Shown: piece after piece, positions 40,386 to 55,200 of the stretch | How positions within the stretch are numbered: position 1 is the first letter of the stretch | Layout: every line of letters starts with the position of its first letter | Source of the DNA: Eledone cirrhosa | Taxonomy: Eukaryota | DNA: 64,000 nt | NCBI GenBank assembly: GCA_964016885.1 | Contig: CAXHJY010000941.1 | Span: forward strand, 124,001 to 188,000 | Reading direction: 5' to 3' | Notes under the pieces: generated by a model | Databases searched by the model: none | Seen by the model: the letters and a program-made list of their open reading frames with translations, nothing else | What the model was told of the DNA's origin: nothing | Made by a program: the position numbers and the translations under genes

Positions 40386-42099
40386 TCTTTGAATGACTCC
40401 AGCCCTAGGTCTCTGCTCTTGGGTTTGGCCTACCCAACAATGTTGTTATTTGTAATGGCTTCTTACCAATGTATATGCAAGATTCTTTGCAGCTTTGTCT
40501 GATAAAAGCATTTCGAACTTTGTCTTTTTGTCTGGATTATTTATTTTCAAAATAAATCTAGCCTAGTTTTGAATTTAAACTACCAAATTCACAGTTAAGA
40601 TACTCATGCATAATATTTTGTTGGTATGCAGAATGCTTCCCTTCTTGATAGGGCTGGTGCTAGTTTATTTGGCATCCTAGGATCAATCTTACACTCCCAA
40701 TTAAAAAGGGAGCTTGCATGATTTTAAAGCTCAATATCTTTTTGTACTCTTTTTTTTTACGATTTTGTGTTCCAGACAATTTTCATTTTATAACTTCTTT
40801 CAGCCATCACACGCTGAGAAATGCAGTTGAAAAATTGTAATTAACTTGCAGACATAGATAAAATCTATACTTTTATGATCAGTCATATCATAGAGTAACT
40901 ATGTTATTTATAAAAATTTGAAATGTTTCATTTTAGTTATTTATAGCTGTATAAAATTAGTTATTTATAAAGATATAGTATGACTCAAACATATATTTGT
41001 TTTTCATGTGAAAATTTGACTTAATAGTTGACTAATCCTTGATTTAAAGCTAATATGATAACATACTGTTATAAGTATAAAATTAACACATGCCTCGAAA
41101 AATACATTAATTTTTCATGTGGAAACTTAACTAATCTATGATTGAAACCTAACATGACAACTTAGTGTTAAAGAAACATCCTTAAACAACTAAACTTCCC
41201 CAATAGGAAAAATATTGAGAACTTGATGCCTGGTACCATCGACAAATACCTTTCAATATTGCTGTTTTTTTTAAATTTATAATACAGTTACCTATACTAT
41301 TAAGAGCCCAGCAAGCCTTTAACACTTTCATTATAATATTTCCGATGAAAGACACGGCCTATTATTTTCAAATGATTTTGAATACAATCAAGAACTTAGA
41401 ATGATTTAGTTAAATAACTTTTTCATTATACAGATGGTGTTTAGAACATAAAATAAGGTGGAAGGTTTTTAAACACTTTAAAATAAACAACTTTATATCA
41501 TAGAACCCAGGGGCAGTTTCAGACAGTTTCATATCAAAAGAATGAACACATGTGACTGTAATCACCCTTGATGTCTTTTGCTGTAGACTCTGTGTATTGT
41601 TAATCCTAGAACTCTGCTTTATGCTGTTTGCTTCTTTCCTTTATCAAACAGTTTGTGAAACAAGTTTCCACCTCATATTTTCTCTGCCATCACAATGGCA
41701 GTGAGCAGCAAGTTTTTTGGGGTGGGGAGGGGGCCATGTTAGTGTTCCTTTAGATATGTAATCTATAATTAAAAAGAAATAATCCTTTTTTTTAATTATG
41801 AGAAGTACTAAAACTGAAAAACAAAACTCCCAATAAACACAATATTATCCAATTTTAGTTCTATAAATATGTTAAAAAAAAATCTCAGTTCAGCATTATC
41901 AAACATGCAGATCACAATACAAGAAAAATCAGATAATTATGTACTGAAATAAAATAATTTCAACTTATATTTTGGCAGACTAACCAACGAAGTTCTTGAC
42001 ACTTTTGCTCTGATCACACTTCGAAAATTACTGAGGCCTGCATTGTCCACTCTACTTTCCATAATCATCTACCAAATACAGATACATGCATGCATACAT

Positions 42100-43230
42100 A
42101 TTGTCAGAAGAGTGTCATCTCTTCATTGAACATTGCTGGACCACGTGCATACAGATGGCTTTTCAGCCCAGCTTCTGTTCTGTGAATGTATTCACAAATG
42201 TGACAATTGAGCTATCTGTCTCCTGGCATCCTCAGCTGGGTTGTGTTATCATGTATTTTACTGTCTGGTCAGTCCACTAGCTGACTTGCAAATTAAGCCA
42301 CACACAATAGAAATGTATTAAGGTGGACATGGTGGTAGAACCCTCTTTCAAGTGGCTTGGGTTCTCTCTGACTTTAGGTGGTTGACAAATCCACTTGAGA
42401 GAAGAAATTGTCCACACAGATTGCACGTCAATTCCTACTAGATTTTTGTTGGTACAAAGCAGTGTGCTCTATTCGCTTTTGCTCAAAGACATCATATCCA
42501 TTCTTGATAATCTTTCTCCATAATGTCCAGCTTTCAGTCAATGCCCTCGCAGTTATCCATATCAATTTAAGATTCCTTTTTATGACATCCTTAAACCTCT
42601 TCTTTAGTTTATGCTGTGACCATTTCCTTCTGGTCGGTTCTCCATAAAATATGTTTAGACAGCCTTCCATCTATTCTGACAATATGACCAACACAACACA
42701 ACACATCTGGTGCTGCTCATTTTCTCAAGTACAGAAGTGTATATGATGATCAGGATGTGCTGGATACATTGATGATGAAATCTTTTCAGCTGCTTGATAT
42801 GATACCTGTGATTTGTTCATATCATTCTCCTGCATAGCAATGCTGTAAGAAAAAAGGCCTCATATACAGATAGCTTTGTGTTTCTTGTAGTACACCAACC
42901 TGACTAGACTTGCTTTGTAAGTTTCCCAAAAGCAACATTAACTTTTGCAATCCTGTTATTTATTTCAGCATCAAGGATACCAACTCTACTAAGTGTACTT
43001 TTGAAATACACAAAGCTGTCCACCACTTCAAATTTCTTTTCCTCCCACAAAAATGTCAGGCTTCATATATGCTTCCCCAACTAATGGAGTGTATATGACC
43101 TTTGTATTTGTTATGCTAATATTGAATCCAAATGCAGTGTATACATTGGAGATATCCACTATCATCTGCATGCCCTCTACTGAGGGAACCCCAAGCAAGC
43201 TCATCATCATCATAAAGGAACTCTCTGACA
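42100..43230 (-). mobile_element. Degenerate RTE (BovB-type) LINE 3' part
   Basis: FGFNISITNTKVI (RT) and IFYGE...KKRFKDVIKRNLK...WTLWRKII (C-terminus). Confidence 0.75.
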
Positions 43231-44234
43231 AGAGTGCCAAGTCATACATTCATACCTGGATATGTGTGTATGCATATGCACATTCATAAATATATGCACA
43301 CATAACAATATCTATTGTTATCAATGAAGAGTTAAACAGGTTATAAGTCAGGGAAGCAAGAGAGTATAATGTTTACTGAAATATTTAATATAAAGATATA
43401 CCTGCAGTTTTTTTTAAAACTGATATTTAGGCTTATTTACTTCTAGAACATCTTGTGTTTTTTCTTTTAAACTATGAAATATTTTTAAAGTACATTTTGT
43501 ATAGTTTTAAGTATTTTTCTTGCTTTTAGATAGGATTTTAAGAATGCTTCATGTTTATTTTAAAAATTCAAGATTTTAATGTAGCTTTTCTTTTCCTTTA
43601 TCTCTCTCCTTTGTTACATTTAAGTGTCTTTAGTTTTCTAGAAACTTAAAATAATCTGATTTGTTTAAAACCTTATTTACTTACAAACATTAAATTTATT
43701 GTTATTTTAAATGAGTGGTTTAGAGAGATGTTAATTGTCTTTCTTTAATTCTTCCAGTTTGGTTTATAGAGTGGATAATAAACAAGAAGCTTGTAGTTAT
43801 TGATTTCTTTTGATTGAGCACAAATGAAACAATAATAACAATAACAACAACAACAACAACAATAATAATAATAATAATAATAGAGATATAGTTATTAATG
43901 TTGCCTACTACCTTTCCAACTTCGAAAATAGTCTGCTATGTGTACTTGTTGACTGATTGGTGAAGCTTTAATAAATCAGGCATCACTACAGCAACACATT
44001 TTCCACGAGAAATTGGAATAGATTTCAAACATATAAATTCTAAATCTAAGGCAACAATTAAAATGGAAATAATAATGACACATATAATGACCATAGTGAT
44101 CAATGCTTATATGGCCCACATACATAATACTGAATGCTGCTTCTCCTCCTCTTCCTCATCATCATCATACTGAACATCATGATCATCACTATCAGCATCA
44201 TCACCATCATCATCTTCATTCTTACCACCACCTT

Positions 44235-44730
44235 CATTTTTATGTCTGCTTTTAAATGCTCGCATAGGTTAGACGGATTATCCCCATCACAATGCCTTAC
44301 CATTTGTTGCATTCTATTGTTATTTCCTTCATGATGTTCAGCATCTCGAGATCTGCTTTTACCACTTCCTGGGTCATCCTCTTCCACATCTACATTCCAT
44401 ATAGTTCACCTAACAGTTCTCTATTCAATTGTCACCATCTATACATATTACATGTCCATTCAAGCACTGTCTCCTATACTACATACAGCATCTGATTCCA
44501 CTTACAACAACATTTTCTCTGAACTCATCTGTGTATTCAGTGGAGCATGCTCGATTTATTTATTTCTAGCTTAAGCACATCCTCAAAATTCATTGACCAT
44601 GTCTCACTACCATGTAATATTACACTTTATACACAGACATCATACAATATTCTGTTTTCTCAAAGAGAGAATCCCTTTGTTACCAGCAGAGATAATATTT
44701 TCTTGAACTTCCTCTATTCTGTGCTAATAC
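44235..44730 (-). mobile_element. Old RTE LINE 3' fragment
   Basis: DNA similarity to the C-terminal regions of families A and B (HGSETW, GFSL, KKFR regions). Confidence 0.7.
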
Positions 44731-45278
44731 AAATAAAACTGATACCTGCCTGGATAAATTCAGCCTGAATAGAATGGAAAGGACAGTTGTCATACAGGGA
44801 TAGGTCATCACCACAAAACATTTATATCACCATCATTTGTCTGTTATCATTCTTATAATATAGATAATCAATGGTGCCTATGTGGTATATTCTATTTAAC
44901 AGTGCTACATATTGTATCAAAATATCTAACAACAACTCTCACTAAATATAATTGAAGATACAACATAGTGAAATTGCTTTACACCCAGTTTCAACTCATA
45001 TGAAACATCATCTCTGTAGCAAACAGATGGTCTACAAAATAGCATATAAGAAGTCTGATCTCATTTTCTGTTTATAAAAGTGACAATAATAGTTGGCATA
45101 ACAATACTAAATGATTATAATACTGTATAGAAGTGACCTGAAAAGGCAAAGAATTACACTGACCTAACTATTGAATTAAAGACAATATAGCAGTTAAGAA
45201 ATATATCAATTACCTTTGTGTAATCAATACAAGAAAAATATCTCTAAATATATTGTATATACTTCAAATTCAACATAA

Positions 45279-45493
45279 ATAGTTGTTTCTACTTTAAGCA
45301 CAAGGCCAGCAATTTGAAGGGGACGGGAAAGTCGATTAAATAGAGCCCAGTACTCACTGGTGCTTTATTTTATCAATTCCGTAATGATGAAAGGCAAAGT
45401 TAACCCCGGTGGGATTTGAACTCAGAATGTAAAGGGCCGTAACTCTCTGCCATGAAGCATGGTGTTCGATGATCTACCAATACTGCCAATCCA
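45279..45493 (-). mobile_element. SINE family A
   Basis: Reverse complement match. Confidence 0.8.
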
Positions 45494-45759
45494 TAAATAA
45501 AATGCTAAAATATATGGAGTAATTATTTTACAATGAAACATTATTTTTTTACATTTATATCATCATTTGTGTTATTTTATGCATACTCTTGAAAATATTT
45601 CCAAACAAATTTTCATAATTTAAATATTTCAATACATAAATATTACATACATTATCATCATTATTCATTTGATTTTCATTAATTTCATTTTCGGGCCGTG
45701 TTTCAACCAAAGACCTCAGACACCTATACATTAGATAGAAATTTTCTGAGAAAGTGAAC

Positions 45760-46105
45760 GGTTGAAGTCAGACAACATGCTTTGTGATATAGAGTTACGG
45801 CCCTTTACGTACTGAGTTCAAATACTGCTGGGTTTGTTTAGCCTTTCTTCATTATGGGGTCAATAAAATAAAGTACTAGCCATGCACTGGAGTCGATTTT
45901 CCCCTCCCCCAAAATTGTTGGCTTTGTGCCTAAATCAGAAACCATTATTAATATGCTTTACATCAAAGAGTTACGTCCCTTTACGGTCTGAGTTCAAATC
46001 CCGTCGAGGTTAACTTTTCCTTTCATCCTTACGGGGTCGATAAAATAAAGCACCAGTAATACACTGGGATAATTGCTGGCCTTGTGCCAAATGTAGAAAC
46101 AATTA
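45760..46105 (+). mobile_element. Two adjacent SINE family A copies (second 5'-truncated)
   Basis: Box B, central domain and tail each present twice. Confidence 0.8.
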
Positions 46106-46127
46106 TTAATATTATTTTTATTATTGT

Positions 46128-46976
46128 CTCCAACTTTTCGTTGATGGTGAACAGGTGTCGTCGCCATTTGCTAAACATGTTTCTCCTCAGTTCATCTCCT
46201 TAATGGAGCTGCAGTATTGAGTCGAGCAAAGACCGAGAGAGAGCGCTTAGAGACTGAAATGTCTTCAAGCACAAACAGCCCTCAGCCAATTGGGCAGTAC
46301 GATTGATGGAAACTCCACCTTAGTGTTCTATAAAGAGTTAGTGGAGGGCAAGAGTGACAACATCCTTAGGGAGACTCTGGGCATTGATGAAAATCAACTC
46401 ACCTCTCTTTTTCCAGAAGTCTTTCAGTCCAGGGCCCATGGACAACTTCCAGAAATCCCTGGCCTGGCAGTGCTACAGAGGAGCTTTGTTAATTTGAAAT
46501 AAACTCTACAGGCATGGAAGTGCCGTCAGTTGGGATTGTCTGAGGTGTGCGCAGGGCAACAAAACTGCTCTGCATGTACTCGTTGAATGTTCTAGTATTG
46601 CTGACCTGTGGCTTTATGTCGAGCACCTGTCGCATGTAGGATGGACCCAACTATCAACTGAATCCATTCTAAAGATTGCCCCTCCATTTTCCTTTAGATG
46701 AGAAGGATAGACAGTTTTTATCTGCCTGGTGACCATTGCGAAAGAGGTGGCATACACCTGTAGATTGGAGGACAATGATTGGGAGAGTTCACTTTGAGTG
46801 ACCCTGGGAGTCTCCTCACCTTTGGGAAATTTGTTATGTTTGTTTTCAAATGTTTATTTTCTTAGTCTGTGTTATAAATTTTATTTTACAAAAAAAACAC
46901 ACATTATCGTCCTGTACCATCTTTAATGTGAGCCCTGTGTGGCTAATAAAGAAATTATTATTATTATTATTATTAT
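46128..46976 (+). mobile_element. Tx1/L1-clade LINE 3' fragment
   Basis: FQKSLAWQCYRGAL...CLRCAQGNKTALHVLVECSSIADLW (CCHC, zf-RVT-like); AATAAA then (TTA)n tail. Confidence 0.75.
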
Positions 46977-46982
46977 AAAATA

Positions 46983-48567
46983 ATGGATGCAAAAAAAAGA
47001 CATGTTGCCTACAGTTTAAAAGTTTTTAATAAAAGTAATAGAATTTGCTGCAAAGAACAACTGTGCAGTCAATAATACATTTGGGGCTGTTGAAAGCAGT
47101 ATTAGGCTATAAAAAAAAAACCAACAGCAGAAAATGCCATGTAGTAAATAATATGTAAGGGGAAAGCAAGACAAGAACACTATCAAGAAGCAGAGAAATA
47201 ACACAACTTGTAAAGTTATAAGCAAAGAAAATGTTAAAAGATAAGATATAGGAACTTAATCGATCTTTAAAATGTTCAAATGAGTAGTACCAGAGACTCT
47301 TAATAATGCTGTCTTTAGCTTTGGGTCAGAAATAAAACTGCATCACAGAAGTTCCCTTCTGATTTCAATGATATAATTATGCCATTTCATTGCTTTATAG
47401 TAAAACTGAACAGGCAGCATGACTTGAAACAGAGTCAAATGGGAAATACAGATAAGACACTCATGCCTTTTGATATGCCAAGAAATAGATTACTGGATAA
47501 AATATGAATTAGAACAATCTATTTTAGAAGAAGACATGAAAAGATTTAAAAATGAAAACCATTTTACTGCAATTCAGTGTTGTTTACTAGATGGAACTAA
47601 ACTAAATCCCATGGTTAATTCTAAAAGAAAGACAATTTGAAAAAGTGAAACATTTTTTTCTGCAGTTACTTTTTTCTGTCACCCTAAAGACTGGATAAAT
47701 TGGGAAGGTATAGGTTTATTGCTGAAAGATGTAGGGCTAAATTATCTGGAGCACTTTTAAAGAAGTCTGCAATGTTGGTGTGTGACCAATTTATAGATCA
47801 CATTACTGAGCCAGTGAAACACATATTGAAAGCTATAAAAAGTTAAGTTGTAATTTCACATAATTTTACTAGTTTTCTTCAGTGCCTCAATGTTGTTTTG
47901 AACAAACCATAAAAAAGAATCTAAAAAAAACTGGATATCATGGATGTCATCCGATGAAGTGGAAAAACAACAGGAGGTAATCTCAAAATGTCTAGCCTTG
48001 TTACTCTTGCCACTTGGGTTATAAAGTAGTTAGAATAATTTATCTGAATGTGTAGTTTCCAAGAGCTTTTAATGACTGGCATCAGTAATAAAATTGATGG
48101 AATGGAATATCACCTGCTTTGGAATGATCAAGATGCAAATACAGACACCACTACAAATGTTGATGAAGACAATGAGGAAATGATAGGATAGGACACTGAT
48201 AGAAAGCTAAATCAAGAAGAATAACTGGAGATATTTGGAGAATCATGATTAATCAGGATTTGATAGCTTTTGAAGTGATAAACTCATTGTATGAACAATG
48301 CATTTTTTAAATCTAAGCTGTAGCCCTTGCCCAACAGCCTTTAAGCAAAGGCTTCTGAGCAAAAACATCAGCCAAGCCAATTTTTGTGTTTGCGTTTTAT
48401 ATATTTTAGTTTTTGTATTTTATGTTTTAAAAGTTGCAGTAATATATTAGTTTCTTAAAAAATATAAACAAATATAGATGTACTCAAAGATTGCATTATG
48501 TAAGATAAAACATATTACAAACATTGGGTTCACATGATATTCGAGATCACATTGAGTAAATACAGTA
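46983..48567 (+). mobile_element. pogo-family (POGK/Passer-like) DNA transposon relic
   Basis: MDAKKRHVAYSLKVLIKVIEFA (BrkDBD-like), QMGNTDKTLMPFDMP, DGTKLNPMVNSKRKT, HPKDW, LVCDQFIDH, LQCLNVVLNKP, GISNKIDG; right end GAGTAAATACAGTA is TIR-like. Confidence 0.75.
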
Positions 48568-50121
48568 TATATTAATTTCCTCTGTCAATATTATCTATTA
48601 ATTTTCTATTTAAACTATTGATCACATTTGTTTTAATAATTATATTTTACTGGAGAGGAGGAGAAATGCCTGTGGACTCTGCTGGCTTGGTAAAGGTGAT
48701 ACCATTGATGCTTAGCTTGAATATCAATGTGTGCTGGGAAAACATGGGCAGGGTATCTGGTTTGAATGTTAGCATCAGTGCAATAGTAATATGAGTAAAA
48801 ACAAATGGCTTCAACTTGGAATTAAAATTGAATTGTAGATTTTCCACACCAGGAGTTTATATCTTGCTGTATTGATTTCTGTTAATAGCTAGATACTTAA
48901 TTTGTAGTATCAAAAGTGGTGATAGTGTTGGTAATTTGGTTATATCTTAAGTCTATTAAGTTGTCAGGAAATAACTGACAGTCTGATTTTTATGTAGTGA
49001 AAATAAGGATTCACTACTTAATTCTTTCATTACCATATTTCTAATGAAATACACTGCTCATGATTTTCAAATAATCAAGAATTTGGATGGGAGGATTTAG
49101 ACATATAACTAACGTTTCCATTAAGGTGGTGTTTGGATCAAAGGTTCTTACATAAAATTATGAATTATATAAACACTATAAGACAAACAGTTTTGTATCA
49201 TAGAACCTGGGATGGTTTCAGGCCATTTTGTATCAAAAGGGTTAATTACACTGGTGTAATTTTACTATTGTTGTTTCCAGGTTCACAGGAAGATCTGAAA
49301 TATATGGAACTTTTGCAGTGCACCTTCTGCATTCAGCAATGACGTATACCACCAGATAGTCAACTAGACTGTTAAGTGACATGGTCATAGACACAATGCA
49401 ATGGCAATAGCAGAATATAAACCATTAATCTCTTAGTTTGTTATATAGAAACCTATCAATTAACACATCTATACTGTGTATTTTATTGCCACACCAACAT
49501 TACAGGGTTTGTCTTATCCTCTGCAAGACTAAATAACTCTCTCAACACTATGCAGTCACTGTTCTTTCTGGGCAAGCATGACTGCGAGGTTGATTAAAAG
49601 GTGACTGATGACTAAGGGTTGAAAGAGGAGAGCATATAATTTGTGTGTGAAGGGGGAACAGTGTGATATGATATTAGGGGAGGGAGAGTAACAATTGTGG
49701 GCAAGGAATTGAAGAGAAAAGTAGCATAAGCAATGTGATAGTACTCCAATAAGGATGTGTAGAAGATCCTTTGTAGAAGAGAATGAATGATGGGTACCAT
49801 GGGGAATTAAGAGTGATAGGTAACAAATAAGAGTCATATGTGAATTTGTGGCAGCGAATGATGGTATTGATTATGGATGCAAGTGATAGATGTCATCAGA
49901 TATAGTTGATGGTAAGTGGGGGGTGGGAAATATCAACAGTCTCACAGGGGAAAGTAGAAGAGAGAGAGAATGGTGTGAATATAATGAGATCTGATGTCAA
50001 GGTAACGGAGATGATGAGAGAAAGAAGAAAAATGTTAATGGTAATAGAAGTGATAAAAAGGATAATACATAATTTTGATGATGATGATGATATTAACAAC
50101 AACAAGAATAATAATGATAAA

Positions 50122-50275
50122 TACTTCTACATTTGGCACAAGGCCAGCAGTTTGGATGGGAAAAGTTGATTAAATCGATCCAGTGCAATACCGGTGCTTT
50201 ACTTTATCAACACCGTAAGGATGAAAGGAAAAGCTAACCTTGGCAGGATTTGAACTCAGAACATAAAGGGCCATA
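50122..50275 (-). mobile_element. SINE family A, 5'-truncated
   Basis: Reverse complement of box B through tail. Confidence 0.75.
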
Positions 50276-51319
50276 TTACCACAAGGTTACAAAGATGATT
50301 TGGATGGCAAAAGGAGAAGATTCAAATACACAGTTGGTGGGTGAGGGCTACAGGTGAATGTGTCAAAATGAAATAACAAAAACAAAGAATGACAAAAGAT
50401 AACAACAAAGAAAATGTCCCCAATAGAGTTGTTAAAGCATTGGATAGAATGTTTGACAATATTTTTATGTATTCTGAGTTGAAATTCCACCTAGGTATTC
50501 AAATCACAACTTTGGACAGGGCTAATTTCCTGAATGAAGAAACCAAACTGATTATGAAAGTTGAAATGCATGTAGACAGAACATGCATTGTGACTATCTG
50601 CTATTCAACTGAACAATGAGGATTTTATATTAATTCATGTTTCCTCAGGTTTTAGTCATTGGACTGCAACCACCCTGAGGTAATATGTTTGGGGATTTTC
50701 ATTGATTATGTCAACCCCACTGCTTTGTTAGGTACTTGTTTTATTTACCTCATAAGGCAAAGCTGATATAGATGTAAAGATACATAACTTGTAGAGAACA
50801 AAATATTACAAGCTATTTTTCATTATGAGCATATTATTATACATACAATGGTTATTTGATAACAAATGCTAACAAAATATTAAAATAAGGACTTTGATTT
50901 TATCAAATAAAAACATTGAAATTTGTTATAAAATCAAACATTCAAAATGTGCTCCTGCCACTGCCAAATAAGCTTACAATCTTTTGGGAATTAATTGGCA
51001 AGTTTTGAAACATAAATCAGCTATGAAGTGATGAAAAAAAAAGATGACAGTCATAGCAGGAAAATGTTTGATTAGTCTGATATGGCTGACCTGGGACTAA
51101 ACAACAATAGCAACAACACTACAATGAGTCAATATCAACATGGCTGTTGAAACTGCTTGAAATAGCAGTCAGGTTTACCCCAAGAAGAAGGCTACTTTGG
51201 ATAAGTTAGTCCTAGACATATTATGTCTGAATGTAATGCAGTAAATTTAATTGGCTACAACAATTCAACTCAATAAGTATTGTATGTATGTTATGTACAT
51301 GGATATGGAAAAACTCGGT

Positions 51320-51680
51320 TTGGTGCCCAAGCAAACAGCCATCTAGTAATGAAAGACTCCTAGTTCTTGCTAGGACATCAGTCTAGGGGAAGAAAAATTC
51401 TGATGTAGAACCTACGACTTGGATACCTGTCACCTTGTTCAGTGAGTGGAATTAGTCTAAGGCCTTTCTTCACTTAAAAAAGCTTGAAGCACAGGCATCA
51501 CTTAATCTAGACGACTTTCATATGTGTTGCATGAGCATGGCTTTTTATTATTTCTTCCACTGTAGCATATACAGAAAGGAATCTAAGTCCTTGGTAGGGT
51601 TAAAATGTCATGTTTGTGCCCCCCATGTTGGAGAAAAAGGTCAAGGTATGGCAATTCTTGAAACTGAGATGCAGCCATTA
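51320..51680 (+). mobile_element. Degenerate bipartite RTE element
   Basis: AGTCTAGGGGAAGAAAAATTCTGA and FHCSIYRKESKSLVGLKCH; 3' end like 26165-26200. Confidence 0.5.
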
Positions 51681-51682
51681 TT

Positions 51683-52237
51683 TATGTATGTATGCATGTG
51701 TATGTTTGTATTTATGTATGTGTGTATGTGTTTGTATGTCAGTGTGTGTATGTATGTGTGTATGTATGTATGTATGTATGTATGTATGTATGTATGTATG
51801 TATGTATGTATGTATATATATATGTGTATATATATATATGTTTGTATATATGCATGCTTGCGTTTATGTATATTCTGTTTTTCTTTTTAATTTCTCACTA
51901 ATTAAGAGAGAGCCAGTTTGTAACACAGAAACAAATCAACATCAACTAAGTAATTATGTATGTATGTATGAATGTATGTATGTATGTATGTAAGTATGTG
52001 TGTATGTATGCATGTATGTAGGTGCATGTGTGCATGCATGTATGTATGTGTGTATGCATATATGTATAATGCATGTGTGTGTATGCATGTGTATGCATGT
52101 ATACATATATGTATGTGAGTGTATGCATGTATGCGTGTATGTGTATGCATGTATGCATGTATATGTATGTGTGCATGTATATATATATATATATGTGTGT
52201 GTATCTGTGTGTGTGTATATATGTACATATGTATACA
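51683..52237. repeat. (TATG)n and (TG)n compound microsatellites
   Basis: Visible periodicity. Confidence 0.9.
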
Positions 52238-55200
52238 TTTGGTTGGCTTCTACTCAGCTTCCTTTTAATAAATTATGCTCACAAGAGTTTGTTTGACCTA
52301 AGGCTTTGGTAAAAGATACTTGTCCAGAGTGTCACGCATCGTATGGCGAACAGTGGGACTGAACATCATAGTAGATGGTTGTGGAGCAAACTTTTTAATC
52401 ACACAACTATACCAATATTTTGTAAATAGAAATGTTTGAAAATAAATACAGAATGTTAGTGAATAGACAATAGTAATGTTTTCAGTGAAATTCTACTGCT
52501 AAACATGCTACAATATCTATTAGAATGCTTGTAGCTAGCTTTTAAGAAATATGCTGATTTCTATAGAAATTGTTTTCCTAAAACTGGCTGTTGCAAATAT
52601 TTCTGCATATTAGCGTGGGCGCAGAGATGTGTCTCTATATGTGCTTCATAGTGCAACACTAAATGTCTGTGTGAATGTATGAGTAGGTGTGTGTGTGTGT
52701 GTATGTGTGTGTGTGTGAGAAAGAGAGAGAGAGAGTTTATGTGTGTAAGTGTGGAATATATTTTGCAATATGCTTGTTGCTTGAGTAGGCGGAGAGAGAG
52801 AGAGAGAGAACTGAATGGAAAGATAGTAGGAATGGGAGTAGAGTTGAAGGAAATGCAAGAAGAAAAGAAAAAGAGCAGTGGAAGAGATAGCAATAGAAAG
52901 AAAGAGAAGGAAGAATAAGCAGGACAGAATAAAAAAAAAAACATGAAGCAAAATAAAGATGTTAGTAGAAAGTAAAGGAATAAAAAAAACATGGAATATA
53001 AGATAGTAATAATGTACATAAAGAAAGAAAGAAGGAATGAATGAAAAAGATAGAAGGAATGAAGAAGAAAAAATAGGAATGAAGAATGTAGGGGGATGAA
53101 GAAAAAAAGAAAAATGAGGAAAGAAGAGTGAAAGAAATCAATCGTCATGTTAATGTGTGAAGGAATGTATATATAAGTTGCTGCTGTTGTTGCTTAACCC
53201 TAGGTCATCTTTAATCAAGTAAACCTATCATATAAATGCATTCCAGCCGTGACCATTTAGAGATCTAGCTGCTATTTTTAGCAGATTAAGTGACTGGTGT
53301 AGAAGTTCCTCCTTTGGTTTGTAATATTTGTATTTTTATTGTTAGTGATTGAGGCAACACTGATGGTAATATATAGTTGTTTAGCCCAAGTCAAACCTGA
53401 TTCGGCAGACCTAAAATCAAGTCATCGCAATATTCTGTATACCAAGAACTACATTGTCCATGTAGACTTCCTTTAAAACTTGCTGTAGAAACATGCAGAA
53501 ACATTTTTTTTTTTTTTTGTTAAAGTTAAATTTCTTAATTTATAGGTAGGTCTTTGCATTGATACACTTAGTCTACATGACACAGACGGACACTGATATA
53601 CTTACTGATGTATATATATATATATTTACATCAATAAGGGATATTTTACTCCTCCTCAACTGTCATAATCTGACTTCTTTATAATCTTCAGCTTTTCTCT
53701 ATCTCATATCTTAAATTCACAGTTTTAAATTCCAGTATAATTTGGGAGTTAGGATCTTTTTCATTCATGGATTATTATGGAATGAATCTGGATTTCTGTG
53801 CCAAATTTTGTGAAGATTCATTAAAAAATGACCATCTCATTTGAAGACAAATTTTCGTGCATATTATATAGATGATAGAATGTGATTTGAAGGTGATTTG
53901 GCTGCTATTTCTAATAATTCAAGCAACTTCATAGAAGCTCTTTCATTGGTGATATTGTAGGAAGTATTAATAGTGGTATTTACATTGTTGCTATTGTTAT
54001 GATGAAGACAGTATTGCTGTTTATAGAAGCTGTAGTGGCCATTGTAGCAATAGTGTCAATGCTATAGTTGTTGATATTTTCTGATATTATTGTATTGGTT
54101 GTTGTTTTTGTTGTTGAAATTCCTTGTGGTGGTACTTGTTGTTGTTCTCAAAATTTAACTTACACAAAATTACTTTCCATAGTATCTAAATAAAAAATGT
54201 TAAAACATTTCAAGTAATATTAATTGTTTTATTGTTGTTCTATTTATTGATGAATGTTATCTGACACTCATAGTCCTCTATCAGTCAGACAACACTACTA
54301 GTGGTATGTCCACCCTTGAATTTATTGTTTCAGCAAATTGGCAGTCATTAGAGCATTGTATTTAGCTCACTGCTCTCAGAGTTCAAGTCACCTGGGGTTA
54401 ATTTTGCTTTACATCCCTCAAAGGTCAATAATATAAAGTACCAGTCAGGGGCAATGAATTGGTGAAATTATTAGAGTAACAGAAGAGATGCCTTGTAGTA
54501 TTTGTTCCAGCTAAAAACATTCTGATTACTTGTGTGGTAGACCTAATCTGTCTCACAGTTTAACACCACCACCTGACACATCAGGAGCTCTGAATTGAAT
54601 ACCTACTAGTATTTAGTTTCATTACTTTACATTTTGCTTTCAAATAATTGACTTTACCTTTCATTCTATCAAGGTAGTAAAAATAAATAATGTTCATGTA
54701 TTTAGCTTCATTCAATCAACAACCAACAATTTGTAGTCTGGTGCTAATTTAAATAAATTTATATTTTTGATATTGCTTTTATTTCCTAATGAAACAATAA
54801 ACAGAATTTTAAGATTGAAATAATGGAAATGTGTAATATCCATACAATTACCAAAAACATTAGGTGTATAAGTAGCATAAAGCAGTAAAATAAATATATG
54901 ATGAATGATGGTGGCTTCCATGGCTAGTATACTTAACTTTTTAGGCTCAGTGATTAGTTGCAAATAGGTATATATGGACGCATGTCTCCTGATGGAGTTT
55001 TAGGAGAGTCATAGTGACATACACTGTCTCTTGGACATTTTAAAACTTGATGAGCCCATTGCCTCTCCAGATCTGAACACAGCCAATTTCACATTTGTCT
55101 CTGTAAAACTTTCCATTTTATTAAGGCAGGCAATGATTCTAAGGCTAGTGTGAAGTAATCTATTACATATTAAGGTCAGTGTCTACAGACATTTGCTACC

